25,309 nucleotides of DNA. Source: a virus. Its lineage: Duplodnaviria; Caudoviricetes. Positions within the stretch are counted from its first letter, which is position 1, and each line of letters begins with the position of its first letter. The position numbers and the translations under genes are program-made. The stretch lies in the IMG/VR virus record IMGVR_UViG_3300020045_004787, positions 1-25,309 of that record; one strand, written 5' to 3'. Of the stretch, positions 1-11,000 are shown in pieces. Under the pieces are notes generated by a model. It saw only the letters and a program-made list of their open reading frames with translations. It did no database searches and was not told where the DNA came from.

Positions 1-414
1 ACTTGATTTGATCACCACACCCAATGATGGCGAATTAAGCGGGGACGGGCAACAGCCAACGACAGAACAACCAATTAGAAGCGTTTTAATTGACGTACCA
101 GCTCTATTTACTCCACTGCCTATTTTAATGTCACATGGCAATTTACGGTTTAAAAAATCTTCTTCCGTTTCTGGTTGCTGCCAGTCTTCGCCGATAGGTC
201 TATGCTTGTCTGTGTCTATCAATCGCTTAAGCACCGATACAGCATAGTCATAATCATCATCAGGATAAGAAGGCATGGCATCCAAAAAGCACCGCACAAG
301 CCCGTCACTGCGTAGCCAAGAAATCGCGTTTACTGGGTCGGTACAACTCCAATGCCCAAGCCAATTCTTAGCGGCTAATTCATCCATTGCTGGATTGATT
401 CCTAATTGTTTCAT
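1..414 (-). CDS. Hypothetical phage protein, 3' end runs off the window
   Basis: Not in the ORF track. ATG at 414 overlaps the stop of the upstream gene (ATGA). Hand translation MKQLGINPAMDELAAKNWLGHWSC...KLPCDIKIGSG... stays open to position 1. Confidence 0.65.
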   Translation of the reverse strand, partial: MKQLGINPAMDELAAKNWLGHWSCTDPVNAISWLRSDGLVRCFLDAMPSYPDDDYDYAVSVLKRLIDTDKHRPIGEDWQQPETEEDFLNRKLPCDIKIGSGVNRAGTSIKTLLIGCSVVGCCPSPLNSPSLGVVIKSS

Positions 415-692
415 GATTGCACCAATCCATGCGCCCGACAAACACCAGAAATATGAGCATCAACTAGCGTGTTCATGACGTAGTTAAGATCATCTAATAC
501 TTTTTGGGTTTGGTCATCGTAAATTAGGCTGATTTCTCCAGTGTCGATATTAAGCACTCTTTCAGGAATTGCTGCGCTAATTACTTTAGCAATGGCTAAA
601 ACGTAAGGTATTTTGATATTGACAATATCGACTTGTAATTGAGCTAATACCTCAATAGGTAGCTCTTGTTGCGGAACGGTTTTATTATTCAT
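411..692 (-). CDS. Hypothetical protein (93 aa, MNNKTVPQQELP...)
   Basis: ORF track 411..731. Start moved to ATG 692 because AAGGA (701..705) precedes it and the upstream sequence is a structured leader. Confidence 0.7.
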   Translation of the reverse strand: MNNKTVPQQELPIEVLAQLQVDIVNIKIPYVLAIAKVISAAIPERVLNIDTGEISLIYDDQTQKVLDDLNYVMNTLVDAHISGVCRAHGLVQS

Positions 693-812
693 TTTGGTAA
701 TCCTTGAACATGGATAAAGTGATTTGAACAAATTGGGATTGCGGCAATGGGTGTTCAGTCCACTTTAACACGGGGATCAATCCGCATACAGCCGCAACAT
801 TTTAAAATTATA
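693..812 (-). promoter_or_regulatory. TATAAT -10 plus structured leader RNA (copy 1)
   Basis: TATAAT at 807..812; outer stem TTGCGGC/GCCGCAA; two inner hairpins. Loop ACTGAACA is complementary to TGTTCA at 725..730 and 705..710, the latter abutting the RBS. Confidence 0.7.
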
Positions 813-834
813 CTACATAAACACAATGGCAGTT

Positions 835-1050
835 AGTTACCCCTTTTCCTCTTTTAAATTGCCGCTCACTAGGCAATCACCACGGAATTTTACTTTAGCA
901 TTTTCCCGCTTTCGCTGTGTTTCACCACGAAACAACCGCTAACTACTTAGTAGCCGCTCTTGTTGAGTATCGTGACCGCCACATGACAGGATTAAACCTT
1001 CTAACTACTAGAGTCGCTCTTATTGAGTAAGTGGCGAGGTGATTATAGCA
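835..1050 (-). ncRNA. Putative structured ncRNA with two tandem cloverleaf-like units behind an extended -10 promoter
   Basis: TGcTATAAT at 1042..1050. Unit 977..1036 is closed by CGCCAC/GTGGCG and unit 926..974 by CACGA/TCGTG; both carry a CTC-AAYAA-GAG hairpin. Further hairpins lie downstream and there is no ORF. Confidence 0.4.
939..1029. repeat. Imperfect ~30-bp direct repeat (2 copies)
   Basis: ctaactacttagtagccgctcttgttgagta (939..969) versus ctaactactagagtcgctcttattgagta (1001..1029). Confidence 0.8.
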
Positions 1051-1137
1051 AAGATTAATTGTTTTTGTTATATTTAAAATGTGTGTTTAGAGTCGCTAGG
1101 TTATCACTCGAATTAACGGAAAACCTAAGAGCATATA

Positions 1138-1236
1138 TGTTATAATTAACAAGTGGCTAGGGCATCGAACCCGAAGTAGTCTTATCAACTATTGCCACTA
1201 AACTATTCGATAAGCCTAATGATAAAAGGTGTCAAA
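1138..1236 (+). promoter_or_regulatory. Extended -10 promoter plus structured leader RNA (copy 2)
   Basis: TGtTATAAT at 1138..1146; outer stem AGTGGC/GCCACT. Loop CTTATCA (1181..1187) is complementary to GATAAG (1209..1214) and TGATAA (1220..1225) next to the AAGG RBS. Confidence 0.75.
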
Positions 1237-2013
1237 ATGTATTTGTATAAAATCTCATTTCCTAAGCATTTAACAACTAAGTGCTATATTGGAATAACAT
1301 CACAAACATTAAAGAAAAGACTTAAAGGTCATTGCAGATTATCTAGCGATTCTCTTATTTCTAGGGCAATAAAAAAGCATGGAAAGAAAAATACTATTAT
1401 GTCTGTTATTGCAGAATGCGATAACTGGGAATTGTTGTGTCTTGCTGAAATGGAGGCTATTGAAAAGTTTAACTCCTTTGCTCCAAATGGTTACAACCTA
1501 ACTAAAGGCGGGGAAGGTCTTAATGGTCATGTGTTTACAGAATTGCATAGAAAAAGAATTTCTTTAGCATTAAAAGGTCGTGTTTTTTCGGACGATACAA
1601 GAATAATAATGTCTGAATCTGGAAAGAAAAAGATAATCACGACTGAGCATCGTAAAAGATTATTGGATTCCCAAAAGGGCGATAACCATCCTAATTTTGG
1701 GAAAAACTTATCTAGCGAAACAAAATTAAAAATATCAATCTCTTTGACTGGGAAAATGGCATCACTAGAGACAAGAAAAAAACAATCCATTGCTCATTCA
1801 AATATTTCAGACGAGCTAAGATTAAAATTATCTAGCGCGAACAGAAATCATCCAGCTATTTCAAAATCTGGATTTAAAGGAGTTTGCAAAACAAAAGAAG
1901 GTAATAAGTGGAGGGCTAGATGTACGGTAATGGGAAAAGAGAATGTCATTGGGTATTTTGATACGCCTGAATTAGCTTCTGAGGCGTATCAAAATTTTAT
2001 TGCTAATCTTTAG
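1237..2013 (+). CDS. Free-standing GIY-YIG homing endonuclease with NUMOD3-like repeats and C-terminal AP2 domain
   Basis: YLYKI...CYIGIT...R..H...E..I...NGYNLTKGGEG; repeats such as FTELHRKRIS and LSSETKLKIS; AP2 motif SKSGFKGV...KWRA...IGYFDTPELASEAY. Start ATG 1237 follows AAGGTG. Confidence 0.92.
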   Translation: MYLYKISFPKHLTTKCYIGITSQTLKKRLKGHCRLSSDSLISRAIKKHGKKNTIMSVIAECDNWELLCLAEMEAIEKFNSFAPNGYNLTKGGEGLNGHVFTELHRKRISLALKGRVFSDDTRIIMSESGKKKIITTEHRKRLLDSQKGDNHPNFGKNLSSETKLKISISLTGKMASLETRKKQSIAHSNISDELRLKLSSANRNHPAISKSGFKGVCKTKEGNKWRARCTVMGKENVIGYFDTPELASEAYQNFIANL

Positions 2014-5000
2014 CCAAACCGTTTATTAAACCGCTCAAGAACAACAATTTCCTGTTTTTCAAGACTATCAATCATCGCCTTATTACCTATGCTTCTAGCC
2101 TTATCCTCTCTGGTTCTTATTGCGTTTAGCTGCTTCTTTGTCATGTCTGCCATTTTATTAAGCCTTAACAAATCTCCACTATCGGCGCGTAACTCTTTAA
2201 CACCATCTTGGTTCTTTGCTGATTGATATACCTTAAGTTGTTCGTGTGCTTGCGATACTTCGTCATATTGTGCGTAGAACCTGCGGCGATAATCATCAAC
2301 AGTTGTGGCTTTGAAGAACGATTTAGCAATGGGTAGCTTTTCCTTGCTCACATCTTCACCATTAACTGCCATCGTAGCGTCATCAAACGAATCCGTAACG
2401 AATCTACCAGCACCACCAGCGATATAATTCACGGTGTTTTTTATAGTCTCTGGGCTAATATCAATCCACCCGCTTTTCGCTTCATCGCCGCCTGTCAGGC
2501 TGTTTAATCCTTTCGCTGCTATATCCTGCCATCCGCCGCGTGTTTTACGGTAAACTTTTTCACTGTCTGGTTGTGATTTTTTAAATGGCGAATCTGGCAT
2601 TAACGGCGTACCGAATGAGCCTTTATTAACCGCTGGCATAATAAACGGCTTAGCGAATGTTGGGGCAAATGCTACGATAGCATTATCAGACGATAAATCG
2701 CCCTGCGGTATTGGGTTGCCTATTGGTGAAAAGTTTCCCAAAAATGTTGATGCTAATTTCTTGCTGATTTTTTCAATGTCACCGCCATTGGCTACCTGAG
2801 CTAACGCCCTACCAATGTCTCTGAAAAATGAGAACCCATAAGGCAGTGGTATCGTTGCACGGTGTCCATCACCTAAATCAATTGAAATATTACGCTCTTT
2901 CTCATTGTCACTAATCAGATCATCATCGCCATCATCACCCGCTGACATTGCCGCCATAAATCCCAATGCAACTAATCCGCCAACTAATGCCTGTGCTTGC
3001 TTTTTATGTTTTGACTGGGTAAGGGTTTTAAATACGTTGGAATTGCCTTGAATATTTGCATTCGCAAACAAAAACATACTTCCTAACTGACTGCCATACT
3101 CACCCTTTTTTGTGAAATTAACTGTGACATTAGATGATAATTTAGCCGCTTGCGTGTCGCTATACCCTGCATTGATAGCTGCTTTAAATGTTGCTAGGCG
3201 TGTTGCACCCTCAAAAGCCGCGTTCAGGTGTTCGATAGCATCAAACAGCTTGTTATTTAACGCTCTAAACGCCGCCGACTTCATGGCTTCTTTGTAATTG
3301 CCAGAAGCTACTAGGCTACTAACTGACTCACCACCATTGCGCTGTAGTTCGCGGTGAATATCATCACTAATCTTTTCAAGGCTACCGATGTACGCAGTAC
3401 TTACTGAGCCACCAGCCGCAAGATAACGCTCAAGCATTGCCTGTTCTTCGGGTGATGACGCTGGTTTTTCTCTGGCATGTGCCATCATGGTACGCCAAGA
3501 TGAACCCCAGTTTTTCATTGCGCTTGCTGCAAGACTAACTCCCCCCTCACCAGTCAATACAATGCCCGCCGTCTGTACGTCACGGATAGGATTGATTAAA
3601 AAGAAAGCAGGGTTTTTAGCTGTCCACGCTTGACGCAAGAAGCTGTTAAACGTCTGTGCCGCTGCGAACACGCCATTATTAACATCACGGTCAAGTTTGT
3701 TAAATGACTGTAGCAATAACGGGTCTTTAATCTGTATGCGAACCTCCTTACCGTCTTTGATGTAACGCACTTCTTTTTCAGCATCAAAAGGCGCGGGGGT
3801 TAATCCCACTTTGTCATCGGATTTAATTATGTTTATTCGATAGTCTTTTCTATCCTGCCCGGTTCTCGCTATTTCAGCATCCCTGAATGTACGCATATCC
3901 TTGGCATTATCTGCTTTTCCGACAAATGAACCATTGTAGAAAAGAAAGAACTGCCGCTTTCCTTTGACCAGTGCCGGTTTAGTTTGCGCTACGCCCTTGG
4001 TGTAAATTTTATCATCGGGATTATCATCAACAAGATTACCTAATGTTTCAGCGACTTTTGTTTTTTCACTCCAAACAATAGCGCGTTCATGATCGCGTAG
4101 TATGTTCTCGAATATCTGACCTGCTTTAGATGATCTGCCTAGCGCACGTTTACCAAAACTTCTAGCCGTTGAGAACCCTAAACCTGTGCCATTGGTTTTA
4201 TTACCCGCTTCATCCAACACTTCAAATCCTTTCAGCGGCACATAGTTTGCGTAAGTATCGCGCATAGCCTGTGCCTGTTCGGGCGTGTAAACGCCTGTTG
4301 ATTCAAGAATATCGAGTGTTGAATTGGTTATGCCTTGCAAGTCTTTGGCAATGCGTTCAAGTTCTGCAAACTTAGAACCATAATCTTCCTGTAATTGCGT
4401 AACAGCAAAATCCGCCTGTGCGTCCGTCATCCCTGAACCACCATCGGTAGCAAAACGCGGGTTAATCTTTGCCATTTCAGCGTTGCGTTCTTTAGCGTGT
4501 CGGGCATAAAGCAACAATGCCACATCGTCTTTAGTCGCGGCAATGGCGGTCATGCGCTTAAATATCGGCTTAGTGACTGCTTGGTGATACTTGGCTACTC
4601 TATCAGCCGCTTTGTGGGGCATAAGCTCCATAGCGGTGTAAACGTCATTAGCATCATTGATAAATCCACCTGCTTTTTTAATGACGTTTTGCAGTACCGT
4701 CCAGCGGTTGTTTTCATCTTGCCATAGACGTTGCTGGTGCTGTAGTTTTGTTTCTGCTGGTAGCGTGTAGTTATCGCCTACGGTTGCATCACTAGCCATT
4801 GAATACCGAATATCAGGCGATTGCGTAGGCTCATCATTACTGGTCAACTTAGCCTGATTCGACTCAAAGACAATTGCGTACTTAGCGTCTGTCAGGTAAA
4901 TAGCATCAAAACCCTGCTTCTTTAGTTTATCGGCATAAGCCTTAGCTTCTTCGATGCTGTCAAACTGCGGCAATTGGTCAACAGTCATGCCCTTAACTTT

Positions 5001-8000
5001 CTGCGCCGATAAATAAAACTCACGAACATCTGATCCGTAATGCGTAGCAGTTTCTCGTTGTGGGGAAAAGAAAAAACCTAGCCCACTGGTTGAGTGGTTC
5101 GGTGTGCCAGTGCCTATCTTGGCATGACTGAATTCGTTAAAAGTGCTGTTTGAACCGTGGTAAAACTTAACTGGCTGACCATCTTTACCTGAGAATTTTG
5201 AGCCATTCCACCAGTCAAAGAAAGCTCTTGACCAGATTTTAGGGGCTTTTGAGAAACGGATGTCGTTGTTGTCTTGGCTAAATGCGCCTGTGTTGCCTGT
5301 GGCGGATTTTATTTGGTTTGGATTTGCGATAACTATTTCTTTAAATTCATGCGCCGACATATCACCAATAACATAGGAATCATAATTATTATCTACCCCC
5401 ATTTCTGGAAAACCAACATCATCAATCCAATGCTTATCTTCAAACACACTCAGATTTTTTTCAATCAATGGGTTTAATGACCTGATAAATACAGGCATCA
5501 CATTACCATTTTCTTTTATTTCTGCGTAACCAGACGCCTTTAATTTATCTCTTGATAAATATATGCCAACACCAAGAAAGCCATCTTTTTCTGATTTTTT
5601 GAATTCTGAAAAATCTGCGCCAGTGCCATGATAAACTACTAAAGGTTCGCCATTCTCATCAATTACACGAGATACGCCTGAATAATCACCGGTTTGATAG
5701 GCTTTATCGAAGTCACCAAACCACGCCTTAAATTCAGGAGTCCTAACCTGTGCGTGTTGCATAGCGTTTAATTTCGATGGCAAGCCATTAGGTGCGAGTA
5801 GTGGACTGGTTACAGTGTCTTTTTTGCTTGCCAGTAAATTAGGGCTATCGGCAAAGTCCGGGTCGAATGCGGCATCTGGACTACGAATATTGTTGGGGTT
5901 AAATACCGTTCTATTTATATGACCATTTTCTCTAGCATAATTATCTATATCATCTTCATCAATATCTTCGCCCGTCATATTGACTGCGATTCTGTCGGTA
6001 TATTGAATCCCTTGAATGCCTATGCTATCAAGAAAATAACTAGCCTCAAGGTCTCCATCAAATTCACCACCCATTAATGAAGCAATATCATAATACAATT
6101 CTTCACCAGTAACTCCTGATGATATTGATATGTTTGCTTCTTTTAGCACATTAATTACATCTTTACTTTGCTTACTTAATGGTAAATGCCAGTCAAGATA
6201 CACATCATTTTTTAAATATAAATTATATATCTTTTTCTTTTTATCGCCTAAATCATGCCAATAATCTTTGGCTGTATCTTTGGTTTTTGTTACATGAAAT
6301 CCATACCCAAAGCCTTGCCCACCCTCTCCATTGCCATAATTAGACATATCTATTACTGAGCCAAAATTATGCGAACCATGATAATAGTCTGTATCAACAT
6401 CAAAACCCATATCCTTAGCCCTAGCCATCCTAGCCTCTTGTGACATATCCAAGCCCTTAGCAACAGCGCGCAACCATTCCTCGGCTTCTCCCGTACTGCT
6501 ACCCTCATAGCCTTGTTGCTTAGCAAGCTTAATTGCATCACCGCTGCGCCCAACAGAATCAAATAGTAAATCATTCGGGGCAAATCTCAACGCACTAACC
6601 GCCATCCCCACCAAATCACTATCACTAATAGCAGTAACACGTCTAAACCACTCGGTACGCTGTACAGGCGGCAATGCTTTACCGATAGCGCGTAGTTTGT
6701 TTCTGAACCAGTTTAGGAATTTTTGGCTAAAAGACAATTTAGGATGATACTCAAGTAAATACGATATTACCTCGTTATTTACATCGTCAAGTGATACAAT
6801 AGATGGCAACAATACACCAATCTCACTTAGTGCATTGTCTAACTCAACATCATTATTAGGAATGACATTATGTGTACCAACCATTGTATCAAGTGCGGGG
6901 CTATTATTCCCGCTTCTCGTAAATTCTGTAGTAATTCCTGCTCTATCAGCTTTAGAAACTCCAACATTAGAACTGGTGTTGATGTTCCTTGTGGATGGTG
7001 CGGTGTCGTTATTTACGCCAGACCGTCCAGAATTAAAAGAGCTGGTGGCGTTGTATTTTGCTCTAAGCCTTGCACCATGCACTATCGCCATAAAGACACT
7101 ATCGGCACTGTTAATGGTGCTGGCTATAGGATTATTACGGTCAACGGTATTCAGGTCTACGCCCATAGACATATCATGTCGCAACATATCGGGCGTAAAC
7201 TGACGACTCACGAGCATATCCATCACGTCAACGGGGATAAACTCGATAATAGAATTGATAATCTTGTTATCTTGAGCAATTCTGCTCATAGCATCGAGCA
7301 TCATACCTTTATCGACACTGCCAGAGTTAAAAGCCTTAGAGATACTGGAATGTCCTTTAAGAGTATCGGAAAGGAACTTAATTGCAGTGCTGCTGGAGTC
7401 AAAACTGCTTTGGTTCGCGCTGGGCTTCATACCCCTGCTTACAGAAGAACCGTTTATGACTTTGAGTTGATCGAACAGCTTTTTAATAGTGGACTTAGCC
7501 GCAAGGATGTCGCCGCGAGAATAGGCGTTTCTGTTGACGCTCTCGACCATGCTATCAGCTATCGGAAGACTGGAAAGACCAAACGACTCTAACGCCCTTA
7601 CATAAGCATCTTGAACAAGCTTGCTAGACTTTCTCATTCTGGCAAGCTCTCCAAGAATATCTTGAAAGGCTTTGTCGTCTTTTCCTAAATTGAGTTGGTG
7701 GGATGCTATCTCATGTAGGGCTAATCCTAGTAAATCCTTATTCTTATCTATGTTATCAGCAATAAAATATGTTGTATCAGCACTCAACCCCTTTGAATTA
7801 GCCGATGTAGCATAAAACGCCTGAGCTTTTTCCATAACACCCATTGCAATTGCCTCCTCACTACTAATCACCTTAACCTTACCAGTAGCCATTAACAACT
7901 TAGTCCAGCCCCGTCCAAACTGCTTATCAAGCTGTGCGGTAAAGGATTGGGTGAATGAGGTTAGGGTGTGGGCGTTAGTTGATTGATTAGCTTTGCTGAA

Positions 8001-11000
8001 ATGCAAATCACTGAATTTATTTACCGCTTCCGCCCGTGCTTTTTCATCGCCGCGGTCATAGCGTTGAATATTGTTATCAAGTAATGTATCCTCATAAGCA
8101 TAACTTTCAGGGTGGTTATTATCTTCCGCATCTTCTAGTTCTTCGGCAACACTAGACAGTCCTCTGAGTATCGCTCTTTGTTTATCGGTTAAATTTCCAC
8201 CGTCTTCATATGCAGAAACAGCCGTTTGTATTTCTTTTACTGAAATATTGCCAGAATATTTATTGCCAGTGTTTTTATTAAGGGCAACGAACGCACCATC
8301 TTTAAACCAGTCTGGATTAGTCGATGGTGTTCTGCCGTTTATTTTACCGTTTTCATCGTATGTATATGATACACCGCCGCCGACAACAAGTTCATTGGCT
8401 AATGAAGATATTGCAGGGTGATAGGTTTCTGGCTTAGCTTGACTGGCTACCTTGCTTTCAATCGGTTCAGCATCATAACCCTCATACTCGGTTTTATCCT
8501 TAGACTCCCAAACACCATTCTCATTTTTTGCCACTGGCACACTATCGCCGTCATCATTGACAGTGTGGGTAGGATTAAATTGTGTAGCGGGTTCAGACTT
8601 AGCTTCACCCGCTTTATTTAGCACTTCGTTTTTGGTGGTCGTTTTTTCGCCATTGTTGCCTCCTGTGGTTGATGGTGTTACCGCTTGCGTGTCGGTTTCT
8701 TGCGTGGTTGCGTTCTGGCTTTGGTCATTGGTTGCCTGTGTGGGTTGTGACAATGGCTTTAAAATTGATTTTCTTTGTGGCATTACTTCGCCAAATAAAT
8801 ACTCATCCGCGTGGTCTTTTGTGGCGGCAGGATAACCATACTTTCTATTCTTATTTTTCTTGTCGTTGTACCTATCATAATCAGCTTGGAATATCCTTTT
8901 AGTTAAATCATCCCCTCTTGATTCAGCTTCTAAAATTGCATTTTCAATAAGCCAGTTATTTGTTTTTGCTACATCACGTCCAAAAATAGCCGTTCTGTCT
9001 GCATTTTCTTTATGCTCGTAAAGGTTGAATTTAGGGTATGGAGTTGTTTTTCTGCCTGTTGATGTTAGAACAACTTGCCCAGTAGCCATTTCGCCACCAA
9101 CGACACCCGACTTTTCTTCCTGTGCGCTAGTGATACCAACTGCGGGTGAATTAGTATCTGTTCCTTGTGTTGCTGGTTGTGCTGTATCTGTTGGCGTATC
9201 ATTGGTTAATGACGTTTTATTTCTAATTACCAAGCCGCGTTCTTTAGCTTCTGCTATGGCTTCATTATGCGCTTCTCGTGATTCATTCGATGGCTGTAAT
9301 GGCGCGCTAAACTCCTCAATCGTTAGTCCGTGGTCTGGAATTTCAGTTTTTGTACTTAGTTTCTCGCCATTATTTAACGCCGTAACAATGCGGTTATCGT
9401 ATTCATCCTGTGCTTTTCTGGTAAATTCCGTTGTGTCTCGCTGTTGCTCGGTAGCTGTTCTGGGTTTTTTACCAGCTTTTCTGTTTTCAGTATTTACCCA
9501 TTCCTTAACGAAAGCATCTTTATTGCCTTTAGGTGTTTTGCCGCTAGGCTTTACCGCCGCTGTCTGCGTAGAAACCTTGGCATCACTGGACGAAACACTC
9601 GGAACTTCTGCCGATTGTTGTGCGCTATCCGTCTTATTCTGTCCTGTACGAACTTTGGAAGCCTTAGTTGGCTCGTCCTGTGTAACAGTTGGTGCTTGAG
9701 TGGGTTCTGTGGATATGTTTGCATTTACAATGCTCTCGACTTCGCTTTGAATTTCATGAATGGGTTTATTGGCGGTCTCTACGCCAACAGTCGGCGCGAT
9801 ACGAAGCAAATCATCGGCGTGTTTTGGGATAAGCGTTTTTGTTTCGATCGCCCTGTCGATTTCTGCCAGTGTAACCGCTGCTTGTTGTACGGATTCTGGG
9901 CGCGGCTTAAACCCGCCACGTTTAGTAGTTTGATTTATTGTGTTTGTGTTCGCCACATTATCATCACGCTTTGCATCTATTTCAGCAACCTTAGCGGAAA
10001 CATCTGTGTTAAATTTTTCGTCAGTGGCGCGTTGATTATCGGCTTGTGATTGCTTAGGTGAATCGATTGCTTGGCTATCAGTATTAGTTACTTGCTGAGC
10101 ATTACCAACAATTGGTTGTAATGTCGATACGGTATCAAGATTAACGGGGCTTGGTTGTACATCTTGCGCTGTACCACCTGTACCGCCGCCTACTCCTGAG
10201 CCACCCGAAACACTATCAGCCTTAATAGTATCAGCCCTATCTTGTGCAACCTTTGCATTTGCCGCTGCTGCCGCTGAACCTAGTGTGTTGCCTTGCGCTT
10301 GTTGGCTTTGATGTTCCTGTACAGCTGTATCGGCTTCGGCTTGTGCCTGTTCTACAATAGGGTTAATTGTTGGTGCTGATTCTGATTCCGTTGCTGTCGT
10401 AGTCCCTGCTGGTTTCTGTGGCAATAAAGCACCTGCACCACCAAACGCACCCATAACACCGCCTGAAATACCACCAACAACACCGGCGTTTAATGCGCCT
10501 TCATTGACATCTTGATTAGGGTCAACATAATCCTTAGTAGCCTGATTAGTTGTTTTTTGCTCAAAATAACTTTGTGGAGCTTCCTGTCCTGCTTCTGACG
10601 CTATGCCTTTGACTGTGGACTTTAAAAATCCATCAGCTACTTCACCTATAACAGGCTTAGCTACCGACCTATTTAATACACCCAATACGCCACCGCCAGT
10701 AACCGCAGACAATCCACCGGTTTTTATCGCCGTGTCCTTGAAAATATCGCTCTGACCTTTATTAATTAAGGCTTCTTTTGCCGCTTCTGGGTCATTGCCA
10801 TTATCAGCAAGGGCTTTATTCCAAGCTGGATGCTGCTTAAATACCTCTACTGGTTTGGCGCGTTGCTCATGCCCCCACTGCTCTGCATTTTGTGCGCCTG
10901 AGAATACGCCTTCCGATGCACCAAACCCTAAGCCGCTACCGATAACAGGAGCTAATGCCTTCCCTACTCCTGCCGCAGTTGCCGCGCTAGTCCCCAGTGC

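Noticed and set aside
8-478. Plus-strand ORFs 8..247 and 275..478, and a possible prophage boundary near position 70
   Set aside because: The translationally coupled minus-strand ORF explains the region better, and no att site or integrase is visible.
939-1029. Mini CRISPR array
   Set aside because: Only two imperfect copies, each embedded in a larger stem, and no cas genes.
6801-6869. Leader RNA copy before the nested HNH gene
   Set aside because: Only weak pairing and no duplicated targets.
6775-7595. Intein or group I intron explanation for the HNH insert
   Set aside because: No intein C-terminal HN-[CST] (the HN near the end is followed by V), and the nuclease is on the opposite strand. 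There is no recognisable intron core and little room for one outside the HNH gene. Not excluded without RT-PCR.
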